A stretch of DNA of 60,722 nucleotides, taken from the NCBI GenBank assembly GCA_902630555.1, contig CACOVB010000001.1:1-60722 (forward strand). Reading direction: 5' to 3'. The notes under the pieces are model-generated. The model did not search any database, was not told the origin of the DNA, and saw only the letters and a list, made by a program, of their open reading frames with translations. This document shows, one piece after another, positions 1 through 9,443 of this stretch. The first letter of the stretch is position 1; each line of letters opens with the position of its first letter. A program made the translations under genes and the position numbers. This stretch comes from an uncultured SAR116 cluster alpha proteobacterium. GTDB taxonomy: Bacteria > Pseudomonadota > Alphaproteobacteria > Puniceispirillales > Marisalimonadaceae.

Positions 1-1
1 T

Positions 2-598
2 CCTGCTCAGGCAGCGCCTTATGCATGTTCTGGACTAACATCATACAGCGCCTTAAAAAAAATTCCAAAAACTACAGATGATGAATTTATAGTTTTGATA
101 GGAGCTGGTGGTGTAGGAACAAATGGTATATTACTATTACCACATATTCATGGTGCAAAAATAATAGTTGTAGATACAGATCCAGTTAAAAGAGAAAATG
201 CTAGAAGTAATGGAGCTAAACATTGTTTTTCTCCAGAAGAAATGCTTGAAAACTTAAATGATTTTAACGGAAAAATTGCTGGAGTAATAGATTTTGTTGG
301 AAATGAAAAAACTGCAAATTTAGCTTTATCAATTGTCAAAAAAGGTGGAACAATTGTAATTGTAGGATTATATGGTGGTTCTTTGTCAATTTCATTACCA
401 CTTATTCCTATGAGATCAATCAACATTAAAGGTTCTTATGTTGGAGAATTGAGAGAGCTCAAAGAATTAGTTGAATTAATAAATTCAAAAAATGTAGAAT
501 TAATTAAAGTTACTAAACAGGATCTTAATACAGCAAATGATGCTATGAAAAAACTTAGAAATGGAGATGTAGATGGAAGAATTGTTTTGGAGCCATAA
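2..598 (+). CDS. Zn-dependent (medium-chain) alcohol dehydrogenase family oxidoreductase, C-terminal part; 5' end lies outside the window
   Basis: The frame is open from nt 2 ([20 protein letters not shown]...). It has the Rossmann motif [12 protein letters not shown] and an MDR-family C-terminus (DGRIVLEP). The TTG at 95 in the ORF track is internal. The gene stops 2 nt before nthA. Confidence 0.8.
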   Translation, partial: PAQAAPYACSGLTSYSALKKIPKTTDDEFIVLIGAGGVGTNGILLLPHIHGAKIIVVDTDPVKRENARSNGAKHCFSPEEMLENLNDFNGKIAGVIDFVGNEKTANLALSIVKKGGTIVIVGLYGGSLSISLPLIPMRSINIKGSYVGELRELKELVELINSKNVELIKVTKQDLNTANDAMKKLRNGDVDGRIVLEP

Positions 599-600
599 TC

Positions 601-1248
601 ATGTCTGATAAAAAAAATGTAGAACATAATCACGATGATCACCACCACCACCATCATGATCATAGCTTATTACCCGAAGAACCAGAATTAAGAGTAAAAG
701 CTATTGAAACACTTTTGTTAAATAAAGGCATTATAAACTCTGATACAGTTAATGAATTAATCGATACTTATGAAAATAAGATTGGACCAAGAAACGGAGC
801 TAAAGTAGTTGCAAAGGCTTGGGTTGATCCAGACTATAAAAAAAGGCTTTTAGAAAATGCTACTAAAGCAATCGAAGAACTTAGTTATACAGGAAGACAA
901 GGAGAACACATGGTTGTTGTTGAAAACACACCTGAGGTTCATAACGTTGTGGTTTGCACATTATGTAGTTGTTATCCATGGCCTGTATTGGGTATTCCAC
1001 CAACATGGTATAAGTCTGATGAGTATAGATCTAGAACAGTAAGAGAGCCTAGAAAGGTTTTACAAGAATTTGGTTTAGAATTAGATTTAAATACACAAAT
1101 AAAAGTCTGGGATTCAACTTCAGAAATGAGATATTTAGTTTTGCCAATGAGACCAGTTGGAACAGAACACTTATCTGAAAATGAACTTGAAAGTCTTGTT
1201 ACTCGTAACTCAATGATTGGAACTGGATTACCGGAGATGCCAAAGTGA
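601..1248 (+). CDS. nthA: Nitrile hydratase alpha subunit, cobalt type
   Basis: Collinear with Co-type NHase alpha subunits as I remember them: [19 protein letters not shown], metal claw [11 protein letters not shown] (Thr indicates Co type; Fe type has CSLCSC), [18 protein letters not shown]. It has an extra His-rich N-terminus. Confidence 0.93.
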   Translation: MSDKKNVEHNHDDHHHHHHDHSLLPEEPELRVKAIETLLLNKGIINSDTVNELIDTYENKIGPRNGAKVVAKAWVDPDYKKRLLENATKAIEELSYTGRQGEHMVVVENTPEVHNVVVCTLCSCYPWPVLGIPPTWYKSDEYRSRTVREPRKVLQEFGLELDLNTQIKVWDSTSEMRYLVLPMRPVGTEHLSENELESLVTRNSMIGTGLPEMPK

Positions 1249-1964
1249 CTAGAATACATGATATGGGAGGAAGATTTGGGGATGGCCCGATACCATTAAA
1301 AAAAATTGATGGCAAGGTTGTTGATGATGAACCTGTATTTAAAACAGATTGGCATGCAAAAGCTTTTGCTATAACAGTTGCATCTGCTTCGGTTGGAAAG
1401 TGGAGTATAGATAAAAGTAGATTTTTTAGAGAATCACTTCCTCCAAAAGATTATGCAAAATTTGATTATTATGAAAAATGGTCTTCAGCATTAATTAACC
1501 TTTTGGTCGAAAGAGGATTAATAAACAAAAATGATTTAATTGAAATCACAAAAAAGGCAAAAGAAGATAATTTAGAAGTTAGCCAAGTTACAGATGAGCA
1601 TCAGGACGTTTTAAAAGCAAAAGATGTTGCGATCACCTTAGGTAGAGGTGGTCCTTCAGCAAGAAAGGTACTCCATTCTCCAAAGTTTAATGTTGGTCAA
1701 GAGGTAAGAACAATAAATTACAGTCCTAACAAAAATACAATTGGAGGACATACAAGATTGCCTATTTATGCCAGAGGAAAAAAAGGAAAAGTTATTCTAC
1801 ATCACAAAGGTCATGTTTTACCAGATGCCAGTGCTCATGATTTAGGAGATTCACCAGAACACCTTTACACCGTTGAATTTTCATCTACTGAATTATGGGG
1901 CGATAAAGATGGTAATCAAAAAGATTCTATTTGTATTGATTTGTGGGAAAGCTATTTAATATGA
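1245..1964 (+). CDS. nthB: Nitrile hydratase beta subunit
   Basis: N-terminus [12 protein letters not shown], then [13 protein letters not shown], and C-terminal [16 protein letters not shown]...DLWESYL. The GTG start overlaps the nthA stop (GTGA). An alternative ATG lies at 1263. Confidence 0.9.
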   Translation: MTRIHDMGGRFGDGPIPLKKIDGKVVDDEPVFKTDWHAKAFAITVASASVGKWSIDKSRFFRESLPPKDYAKFDYYEKWSSALINLLVERGLINKNDLIEITKKAKEDNLEVSQVTDEHQDVLKAKDVAITLGRGGPSARKVLHSPKFNVGQEVRTINYSPNKNTIGGHTRLPIYARGKKGKVILHHKGHVLPDASAHDLGDSPEHLYTVEFSSTELWGDKDGNQKDSICIDLWESYLI

Positions 1965-2281
1965 TAAATCAAAATAATTTTGACTTTAAATCATTTGAAA
2001 AACCATGGCATGGGCAAATTTTTGCTATAACGGTATCTTTATCTGAAAATAAAGTTTTTGAATGGAGTGAGTTTTCAAAAGCACTAGCTGATCAAATTAA
2101 GATAGATAATACTGAAAAACAAAATGGTAGCGATGATTATTTTTTTTCATGGATAAAGGCGTTAGAAAACTTAATAATCAAAAAAGATATTGTGGATCAA
2201 TCTAACTTAAATATTATTAAACAAAAATGGAAAGACGCTTTTTTAAGTACTCCACATGGTCACCCTGTGAAAATTAATTAA
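1961..2281 (+). CDS. Nitrile hydratase accessory/activator protein (NhlE/P14K-like)
   Basis: A small protein resembling the N-terminal segment of the beta subunit (PWHGQIFAITVSL), as NHase activators do. It sits directly downstream of nthB. The ATG at 1961 overlaps the nthB stop (ATGA); the GTG at 1943 is the alternative start. Confidence 0.7.
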   Translation: MINQNNFDFKSFEKPWHGQIFAITVSLSENKVFEWSEFSKALADQIKIDNTEKQNGSDDYFFSWIKALENLIIKKDIVDQSNLNIIKQKWKDAFLSTPHGHPVKIN

Positions 2282-2295
2282 ATAAAGAGGTAATT

Positions 2296-3429
2296 ATGAC
2301 AATTAAATGTAAGGCTGCAGTAATTAGAAAAAATGACTGTGAAAAACCATTTGCAAATAGTAAGCCTTTGTCTATTGAAGATATTTCAATTGATAATCCA
2401 AGAGATAATGAAGTTTTAGTTAAAGTAAAAGGCGCAGGTCTTTGTCATTCTGATTTATCTGTAATAAATGGTTCTAGAATAATGCCACTTCCACTTGTGA
2501 TTGGTCATGAAGGATCAGGAGAAGTCGTAGAAACTGGAAATGCAATCAACGATATTAAAGTTGGTGATCATGTTGTGTTTCAATTTTCACCTAGTTGTGG
2601 AAGATGTAGAAGGTGCCTTGAGGGAAGGCCACAGGTTTGTGAATTAGCAGCAGCTACAAAAGGAAAAGGTGAATTGATGTCTGGAGGAAGTAGATTAAAA
2701 TCTTTAGATGGTGAGAGATTAAATCATCACACTGGTATTTCTTGTATGTCTGAGTATGCGGTAGTTGATAGAGGGTCTGTTGTGGTAATTGAAAAGTCAA
2801 TCTCTTTAGATGATGCTGCATTATTTGGTTGTGCTGTAATGACCGGAGTAGGAGCTGTAATAAACACAGCTAGAATAAGAAGTGGAGATTCCGTTGCAAT
2901 ATTGGGATTAGGTGGAGTTGGTTTGAATGGAATAATGGGTGCAAAGCTTGGTGGAGCAGAAACGATTATAGGAATAGATATTGATGAAACAAAATTTTCT
3001 AAAGCAAAAGAATTAGGTGCAACTCATTGTATGAACCCGCAAAACGAAAATTTTGTTGAAGAAGTATTAGATATAACGAATGGAGGAGTTGATTTTGCAA
3101 TTGATCTTGCAGGTGTTATGTCTGCAATGGATTCTGCTTATAAAATAATTAGATATGGTGGTGCAGTCGTAACAGCTGGATTAACTCCGGTAAATACTCA
3201 ATTCAGTTTTAATCATAGTGATTTAGTAGCTCAAGAAAAATCAATCTTAGGAAGTTATATGGGGTCATGTGTACCTGTTAGAGATGTGCCTAGGTTTTTA
3301 AATTTATTTAAGCAAGGTAGATTACCGGTGGAGAAATTGATTGATGACAAAATAGGCTTTGATCAATTAAATGAGGGTTTTGATAAATTAGATTCTGGTA
3401 AAGTTGTTAGGCAGATACTTGTACCTTAG
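2296..3429 (+). CDS. Zn-dependent alcohol dehydrogenase (class III-like MDR family)
   Basis: Catalytic Zn motif GLCHSD...GHEGSGEV, structural Zn cluster SCGRCRRCLEGRPQVC, and Rossmann motif ILGLGGVGLNG. An AAGAGG Shine-Dalgarno precedes the ATG, which lies 14 nt after the accessory gene. Confidence 0.87.
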   Translation: MTIKCKAAVIRKNDCEKPFANSKPLSIEDISIDNPRDNEVLVKVKGAGLCHSDLSVINGSRIMPLPLVIGHEGSGEVVETGNAINDIKVGDHVVFQFSPSCGRCRRCLEGRPQVCELAAATKGKGELMSGGSRLKSLDGERLNHHTGISCMSEYAVVDRGSVVVIEKSISLDDAALFGCAVMTGVGAVINTARIRSGDSVAILGLGGVGLNGIMGAKLGGAETIIGIDIDETKFSKAKELGATHCMNPQNENFVEEVLDITNGGVDFAIDLAGVMSAMDSAYKIIRYGGAVVTAGLTPVNTQFSFNHSDLVAQEKSILGSYMGSCVPVRDVPRFLNLFKQGRLPVEKLIDDKIGFDQLNEGFDKLDSGKVVRQILVP

Positions 3430-3430
3430 T

Positions 3431-4225
3431 TTATATCATTTTCCAGTTTTTATAAAAAATACCTCGAGATTTTTTTAAAAGGAAACCTACAGAATTTAAT
3501 AATGTCATTATAATTAAGTTTGAGTAGCTTGGTCTTACAATATCAATAAAAGCGCAATATCTCAGATTATCCTCTTGATTAAAACTTTGATGAATTAAAG
3601 TATCATCAAAAATAAATAAAGGGTCATTTTTCCAAATATTTATTGTGCCATCAGCTTCAATATAAGATCCATTTTTTTTAACTTTGTTAAAATTGTATAG
3701 TAATCTATAGGTCAATCTTAATGGTCCAAAATGTCTTGAAGTTGATGTTTTTTCTCTAAATAAAGAGACACCTATAGTTTTTATGTATTTAAAATCTTTT
3801 GTAAAATCATTGATACTTTCATCTAAATTTTTTCCATACCATTTATAAAATAACATTGTTCTGTTATCCTCACTTTGACTAAATCTTTCTTCAATTTTCT
3901 TTTTATTTTGATCAAATAGTTTTTTAACTGTGTTAATTTCATTTTGAAATTCATCAGGAAAATTTTCAATTTTGAAAGAATGGAGATTCCTATGAGAAAT
4001 TAAGTCAGCAAATAAATTTAGAGGAGATATTAGAAATGTTAAGATACCTTTACCAATGAAGTATTCTTTTATTAATTTTAATTCCATTGTTTTGTGTCGT
4101 GAGACGTCAATTAAACCACATATAATCCAAAAAGGAATTAGTGCAAACAGTCCAATAATCGAATAAAAGAAAATAAATGAAAAAATTAAAATTAAAAGTA
4201 AGAAAAATTTAAGTGCAATATACAT
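3431..4225 (-). CDS. Membrane-anchored aspartyl/asparaginyl beta-hydroxylase family protein (LpxO-like dioxygenase)
   Basis: N-terminal TM helices plus the C-terminal signature FIFDDTLIHQSFNQ...LRYCAFIDIVRP, which matches the FDDT..H..N...R....D..RP pattern of the Asp/Asn beta-hydroxylase/LpxO family. Confidence 0.6.
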   Translation of the reverse strand: MYIALKFFLLLILIFSFIFFYSIIGLFALIPFWIICGLIDVSRHKTMELKLIKEYFIGKGILTFLISPLNLFADLISHRNLHSFKIENFPDEFQNEINTVKKLFDQNKKKIEERFSQSEDNRTMLFYKWYGKNLDESINDFTKDFKYIKTIGVSLFREKTSTSRHFGPLRLTYRLLYNFNKVKKNGSYIEADGTINIWKNDPLFIFDDTLIHQSFNQEDNLRYCAFIDIVRPSYSNLIIMTLLNSVGFLLKKSRGIFYKNWKMI

Positions 4226-4298
4226 TTTAAAAAATAATTAGTTATTTTATCTTAATAATCATTTATCTTAATATTAATTATATTTCAAGGAGTTACTT

Positions 4299-4784
4299 AT
4301 GCCAAGTTTTGATATAGTTAGTAAAGTTGATTCACCTTCTGTTGATAATGGTGTAGATGGTGTCACCAAAGAAATCACCACCAGATATGATTTTAAAGGT
4401 AGTTCTTGTCGAATTGAAAGAAACGGAGATGAAATTACTATAAATGCTGATGATGAATTAAAAAGAAAACAAATGGAAGAATTGTTAATAACTCATTTAA
4501 CTAGAAAAGGAATTGATACTAATTGTCTAGAGTTTCAAAAAGCGGAAGCTTCGTCTGGGAATACAATTAGGCAAAAAGTTATTGTAAAGCAGGGAATAGA
4601 GAGAGAAATTGCTCAAAAAATCATTAAAGAGATCAAAAGCTCTAAAACGAAAGTACAAGCATCTATTCAAGGTGATGAACTAAGAATTTCTGGGAAAAAA
4701 AGAGACGATCTACAATCTACTATTCAACTGGTAAAAAATATGTCAATTAAATTTCCATTACAATATGTAAATTTTAGAGATTAA
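4299..4784 (+). CDS. yajQ: YajQ family nucleotide-binding protein (UPF0234)
   Basis: MPSFDIVSKVD N-terminus, about 160 aa, with the two-domain pattern typical of YajQ. Confidence 0.9.
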   Translation: MPSFDIVSKVDSPSVDNGVDGVTKEITTRYDFKGSSCRIERNGDEITINADDELKRKQMEELLITHLTRKGIDTNCLEFQKAEASSGNTIRQKVIVKQGIEREIAQKIIKEIKSSKTKVQASIQGDELRISGKKRDDLQSTIQLVKNMSIKFPLQYVNFRD

Positions 4785-5659
4785 TTAATTATTATTTCAG
4801 CTCTATCATCTCTTTTTTTCCAAGATTTATTTTCAATTGATTGATAGAAGCTAGCTAATTGTTGATTAAATAAAGCAGGCTCTTCAAGATTAATAGTATG
4901 GCCTGTTTTTGGAACAACAAAAAGTCCAGAAGTTGAAATAGTTCTTTTTAAGTAAACTCCAACTTCTATGCACATGTCATCTTCATCACCATTAATAATT
5001 AAAGTTGGAATTTCAATTTTCGCAATTTCATCAGTTAGATCATATAAATTTGGGCGTTTACTTTGAACACCCAAAAGTGTGTTTGCTGAACCTGTTTGGT
5101 CATGAGCAATTAACATATCATTAAATTTTTTCCAGCCATTATAGTCTTTATTTTGAAATTGAACCCTTGAAGGTCCAAGTGCATATTCTGATCCCACAAT
5201 TTTCATTCCTCTGTTCAAAATATCCTTTGCTGTATTTTCTGAGACTATGGAAAAACCTTCATCATTTTGACTATTTTTTGGCTTTGCACCATATCCACAA
5301 CCGGCAATACAAAGACTTAAAGCTAGATTAGGACAGTTGATACCAAAATGAAGTGTTGCAAATCCACCCATTGATAAACCAACTATATGAGCTTTTTTAA
5401 GATCTAGACCTTCTACTATATCTCTAATGTCTTGCCATGCTCTTTCTTGACTATACATATTGATATCATTAGGTACATCTGATGGTGTATATCCGCGAGC
5501 TGAATAAGTTATACAAGTAAAGTTTCTTGAAAAAAAATTTACCTGTGGCTCCCAACTTCTATGATCACCAGCGAATTCATGAACAAAAATTACAGGTATA
5601 CCCGATCCAGTTTTTTCATAATATAAATTTATTCCATCTGATGTTTTTAAATATGGCAT
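4781..5659 (-). CDS. Alpha/beta-fold hydrolase
   Basis: HEFAGDHRSWEPQ and nucleophile elbow GLSMGG. A start at ATG 5659 (MPYLKTSDG) is preferred because a GGAGG Shine-Dalgarno lies 5 nt upstream. The longer ORF to 5713 adds only a hydrophobic stretch. Confidence 0.8.
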   Translation of the reverse strand: MPYLKTSDGINLYYEKTGSGIPVIFVHEFAGDHRSWEPQVNFFSRNFTCITYSARGYTPSDVPNDINMYSQERAWQDIRDIVEGLDLKKAHIVGLSMGGFATLHFGINCPNLALSLCIAGCGYGAKPKNSQNDEGFSIVSENTAKDILNRGMKIVGSEYALGPSRVQFQNKDYNGWKKFNDMLIAHDQTGSANTLLGVQSKRPNLYDLTDEIAKIEIPTLIINGDEDDMCIEVGVYLKRTISTSGLFVVPKTGHTINLEEPALFNQQLASFYQSIENKSWKKRDDRAEIIIN

Positions 5660-5733
5660 ATTTACCTCCAATATCAGAATTATAGTTGAAAAAAAATGGA
5701 TTGAAAGCCACAATAAATTAAAAAATAATTATC

Positions 5734-6429
5734 ATGACTGTATTTGAAATTCTAACAGCTGAATTACCAGCTATAATTTTAACACTTAAACTATCTTTAA
5801 TTACTTGCTTTTTTTTATTTTTAATTGGAACACCTTTAGCTCTTTTACTAGCTTATAAAAAAAATAAATTTAATACTCTTCTTGAAAGTATTTTTACTTT
5901 GCCTTTAGTTTTACCTTCAACAGTAATTGGTTTTTATCTTTTAGTTTTTTTTAATCCTGATACAATTTTAGGGAAGTTTTTTATTTTATTAACTGGTGAA
6001 CAATTAGCTTTTACTTTTCAGGGTTTGGTATTAGCTTCAATTATTTATTCTCTACCATTTTGGATACAACCCCTACAAAACTCAATTGAAAAAGTAGACA
6101 AGCGATTAATTCAAGCATGCACAAATATGGGTTGTAGTAAATCAAGTATCTTTTTTGAGATTTTATTACCTATGTGTAAGAAAGGTTTTCTTACTTCTTT
6201 TATCTTATCTTTTGCACATACTATCGGAGAATTTGGAATTGTACTTATGGTAGGTGGAAATATAGATGGGCAAACAAGAGTTTTATCTATTTCAATTTAT
6301 GATAATGTTGAACAGCTAAGTTATCAAAATGCACATGTTTTATCATTATTTCTGATTTTATTTTCTACCTTTGTATTGTTTGTCATATATTTTATTAATA
6401 ATAAAAATGCTATTGGACTAAAATCGTGA
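5734..6429 (+). CDS. modB: Molybdate ABC transporter permease
   Basis: About 230 aa with multiple TM segments and the CysT/ModB-type motif AHTIGEFGIVLMVGGNIDGQTRVLSISIY. It is coupled to modC. Confidence 0.85.
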   Translation: MTVFEILTAELPAIILTLKLSLITCFFLFLIGTPLALLLAYKKNKFNTLLESIFTLPLVLPSTVIGFYLLVFFNPDTILGKFFILLTGEQLAFTFQGLVLASIIYSLPFWIQPLQNSIEKVDKRLIQACTNMGCSKSSIFFEILLPMCKKGFLTSFILSFAHTIGEFGIVLMVGGNIDGQTRVLSISIYDNVEQLSYQNAHVLSLFLILFSTFVLFVIYFINNKNAIGLKS

Positions 6430-7529
6430 AGTCTATAAATGTTGAAATAAATGGAAATTTTTCTGCATTGTCATTCGATTTTAAACATGAGTTTGATAGT
6501 GGAATTACAACTTTACTTGGTCATATAGGATCTGGAAAATCAACTATAGTTGACTCAATTTCAGGCTTTAATAGACAATTAAAAAGTATAGTTAATATCA
6601 ATGGGAATGTTTTTGATTTTCATATCCCATCAAAAATAAATTTAAGACCAATCTCTGTAATGTTTCAAGATACAAGGTTAATTCCTCACATGAATGTTAA
6701 GGAAAATATTTCATTTGCTTTAAAAAAATCAAAAATTAAAAAAACAAATTCTGAAAGTCTTGATTTAGAGCATATAATTCAGTCTTTGGGTATAAAAGAA
6801 TTTTTAAATAAATTTCCTGATCAATTGTCTGGCGGTCAAAAGCAATTGGTAAACTTATGTAGGACATTAGCTATTAAATCAGACTTTATAATTCTAGATG
6901 AACCAATGTCATCTTTGGACATTAAAAATAAAGCTACTGTTCTTTCATTATTAAAAGAAATTAATAAAAAATATGAAATTCCAATTTTGATAATCTCTCA
7001 TTCAGTAGAGGAGATAGCTCAAATTTCAGATAATGTCATTATCCTAGAAGAAGGAAAAATAGTTACTTGTGGAAAATTATCACAAATTTTTTTAGAAAAG
7101 GAATTTACAAATATCTTTGGTAAATTTGAAAGTAGTTCAATTTTGGAAGGTGTAATTTTTGAAAAAAATTCATCTCTAAATATAACTAAAATTTTAATAA
7201 GTGGTTTTGAAATTGTTTTGCCTGGTGACTTTAAAAAAATTGGAGAAAAGATAAGAGTTAGAATTAGGGCTAGAGATATTCTAATAAGTAAAAATATTAA
7301 TTCAGATAGTATCACTGAAAATCAGTTGTTTGGTAATGTTGAAAAAATTAAAGGAGAAGATGATACAGCTTTTTCTGAATTAATAATAAAGATTGGAAAT
7401 TCTCAAGATTTTCAATTGCTATTAATTAGAATAACAAAATATCAACTTGAAAAGCTTAAAATCAAAAAAGATGATAAAATATATATATTATTCAAATCGA
7501 CATCGTTTGATAGGCAAGCAATAATTTAG
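6426..7529 (+). CDS. modC: Molybdate ABC transporter ATP-binding protein with C-terminal TOBE/Mop domain
   Basis: Walker A GHIGSGKST, signature LSGGQKQ, Walker B IILDEP, and a C-terminal Mop-like domain (GEKIRVRIRARDILISK). The GTG start overlaps the modB stop (GTGA). Confidence 0.85.
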   Translation: MKSINVEINGNFSALSFDFKHEFDSGITTLLGHIGSGKSTIVDSISGFNRQLKSIVNINGNVFDFHIPSKINLRPISVMFQDTRLIPHMNVKENISFALKKSKIKKTNSESLDLEHIIQSLGIKEFLNKFPDQLSGGQKQLVNLCRTLAIKSDFIILDEPMSSLDIKNKATVLSLLKEINKKYEIPILIISHSVEEIAQISDNVIILEEGKIVTCGKLSQIFLEKEFTNIFGKFESSSILEGVIFEKNSSLNITKILISGFEIVLPGDFKKIGEKIRVRIRARDILISKNINSDSITENQLFGNVEKIKGEDDTAFSELIIKIGNSQDFQLLLIRITKYQLEKLKIKKDDKIYILFKSTSFDRQAII

Positions 7530-7532
7530 AAA

Positions 7533-8735
7533 TTAAACTTTTTCAAGAATGACTGCGGATCCTTGACCAACACCAACACACATAGTGCATAAAGCATATT
7601 TTAAATTATTTGACTCTAATTGTTTAGACGCTGACAAAACTAATCTTGTTCCTGACATTCCTAAAGGATGACCAAAGGCAATAGCACCTCCATTTGGATT
7701 AATTCTTGGATCGTCGTCTTGTATTCCTAATTCTCTTGTGCATGCTAGAACTTGTGCTGCAAATGCTTCATTAATTTCAACGGTGTCAATTTGATTCAAT
7801 TTAATATTTGATTTCTTTAAAACTTTTTCGGTTGCTGAAACAGGCCCCATTCCCATAATTCTAGGTTCAACACCTGAGCTTGCAGCATTAACTATTCTAG
7901 CTATAGGTTTTAAATTATTTTTTTTTATAGCATCCTCGCTTGCAATTATTAAAGCAGCTGCGCCGTCATTAACTCCACTAGAATTACCAGCTGTTACCGA
8001 ACCATCATTTTTAAAAGGAGTTGATAATTTTGAAAGCTTTTCTAAATCAGTTTTTCTAGGGTGTTCATCTTTATCAACTATTAAATCGTCTTTTCTTTTT
8101 TGTTTTATAGTTACAGTTAAAATTTCTTTAGAAATTCTACCATTTTCGATTGAATTAGCTGCTTTAATTTGACTTCTGTAGGCAAATAAATCTTGATCTT
8201 GTCTTGTGATTTGAAATTTTTCAGCCACATTTTCAGCTGTCTCTGGCATAGAATCTATACCATAATTTGACTTCATTTTAGGATTTACAAACCTCCACCC
8301 AATTGTTGTATCATATATTTCAGCATTCCTAGAAAATGCAGAATCCGCTTTTGGCATTACAAAAGGAGCTCTACTCATGCTTTCTGCACCACCTGCTATT
8401 ATAAAATCTCCTTCTTCAGCTTTAATCATTCTTGCACCAGCTATCACAGCTTCCATGCCCGATGCACATAATCTATTCAATGTTATGCCTGGTATACTTT
8501 CAGGAAAATCAGCAAGTAACAAAGCCATCCTAGCAATATTTCTATTATCTTCACCTGCTTGATTTGCATTCCCAAAAAAAATCTCATCTATACTTTCCCA
8601 GTCAACATCTTTCAAATCATCTTTCAATTTTTTTAATGGTAATGCAGCTAAATCATCAGTTCTGATTGTGGATAATACTCCACCAAATCTTCCTATTGGA
8701 GTTCTAATACCTTCGCATATAAACGCTTCTTTCAT
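7533..8735 (-). CDS. Acetyl-CoA C-acyltransferase / 3-oxoadipyl-CoA thiolase-like thiolase
   Basis: MKEAFICEGIRTPIGRFGG, active-site NRLCASGMEA, C-terminal GHPLGMSGTRL and CVGVGQG. The N-terminus resembles the PcaF/PaaJ subgroup. Confidence 0.9.
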   Translation of the reverse strand: MKEAFICEGIRTPIGRFGGVLSTIRTDDLAALPLKKLKDDLKDVDWESIDEIFFGNANQAGEDNRNIARMALLLADFPESIPGITLNRLCASGMEAVIAGARMIKAEEGDFIIAGGAESMSRAPFVMPKADSAFSRNAEIYDTTIGWRFVNPKMKSNYGIDSMPETAENVAEKFQITRQDQDLFAYRSQIKAANSIENGRISKEILTVTIKQKRKDDLIVDKDEHPRKTDLEKLSKLSTPFKNDGSVTAGNSSGVNDGAAALIIASEDAIKKNNLKPIARIVNAASSGVEPRIMGMGPVSATEKVLKKSNIKLNQIDTVEINEAFAAQVLACTRELGIQDDDPRINPNGGAIAFGHPLGMSGTRLVLSASKQLESNNLKYALCTMCVGVGQGSAVILEKV

Positions 8736-8743
8736 ATCATTCC

Positions 8744-9388
8744 TTAAGTTATAAAATTTGTTATAAGAGGAGAATCAGAAGATTCCCACACTTTATATTT
8801 TTTCATAATATCATTAAATTCAAGACTTTCTACAATAAATGAATACCAATAATTAAGTTGAGATAAATTTAAATTTTCAAACCATATATGATCTACATTA
8901 CGAAACTGTCTTACGAATGGGAATATGCAATAATCTAAATAGTTAAGTTCATCACTTGAAAGAAATTTTGAATATTTTAATTTACTATTTAATAGAGTTA
9001 GATATTTAACATTTTCGTTTCTGTGATGAATAGGATTAATTCCTTCATATCTTGTTGGATATTTATAACGATCTAGATTCATTTTAAAGTCATTATCGCA
9101 AAACGATAAAAGGTTTTCAGGATCATGTAATTCAAAAACTCCATTCTCTTTGGATTTTAAAGACCAATTTACTATATCTAAGCTTTCCTGAATAATTATT
9201 TCATTAGAAATAACTAATATAGGCACTGTTCCATCAATTGAAGCATTAAGGAATTCTTCAGGTTTTTTTTTTAATAATATTTCTCTTAATTCTACTTTTA
9301 TTCCTGACAACCTTATAGAGAAGCGAGCTCTCATAGCATAAGGACAACGTCTAAAAGAGTATAAGATTGGATATTTATATAAAGTCAC
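8744..9388 (-). CDS. Glutathione S-transferase-like (thioredoxin-fold) protein
   Basis: The N-terminal YSFRRCPYAMRARFSI motif is typical of a proteobacterial GST-like family. Length is about 214 aa. Confidence 0.65.
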   Translation of the reverse strand: MTLYKYPILYSFRRCPYAMRARFSIRLSGIKVELREILLKKKPEEFLNASIDGTVPILVISNEIIIQESLDIVNWSLKSKENGVFELHDPENLLSFCDNDFKMNLDRYKYPTRYEGINPIHHRNENVKYLTLLNSKLKYSKFLSSDELNYLDYCIFPFVRQFRNVDHIWFENLNLSQLNYWYSFIVESLEFNDIMKKYKVWESSDSPLITNFIT

Positions 9389-9443
9389 AGTATTAAAATA
9401 TATTCTAAAATTTTGATTTCTAAAATAATAAAATAATTACGAT

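Noticed and set aside
148-1259. ORF-track entries 148-426(-), 436-663(-), 857-1042(+) and 972-1259(-), which overlap the adh and nthA genes
   Set aside because: They lie antisense to, or in alternative frames of, genes with strong family signatures. Their translations are low-complexity with no motifs; for example, the poly-Val/Met run is simply the reverse complement of the His tract. These are shadow ORFs.
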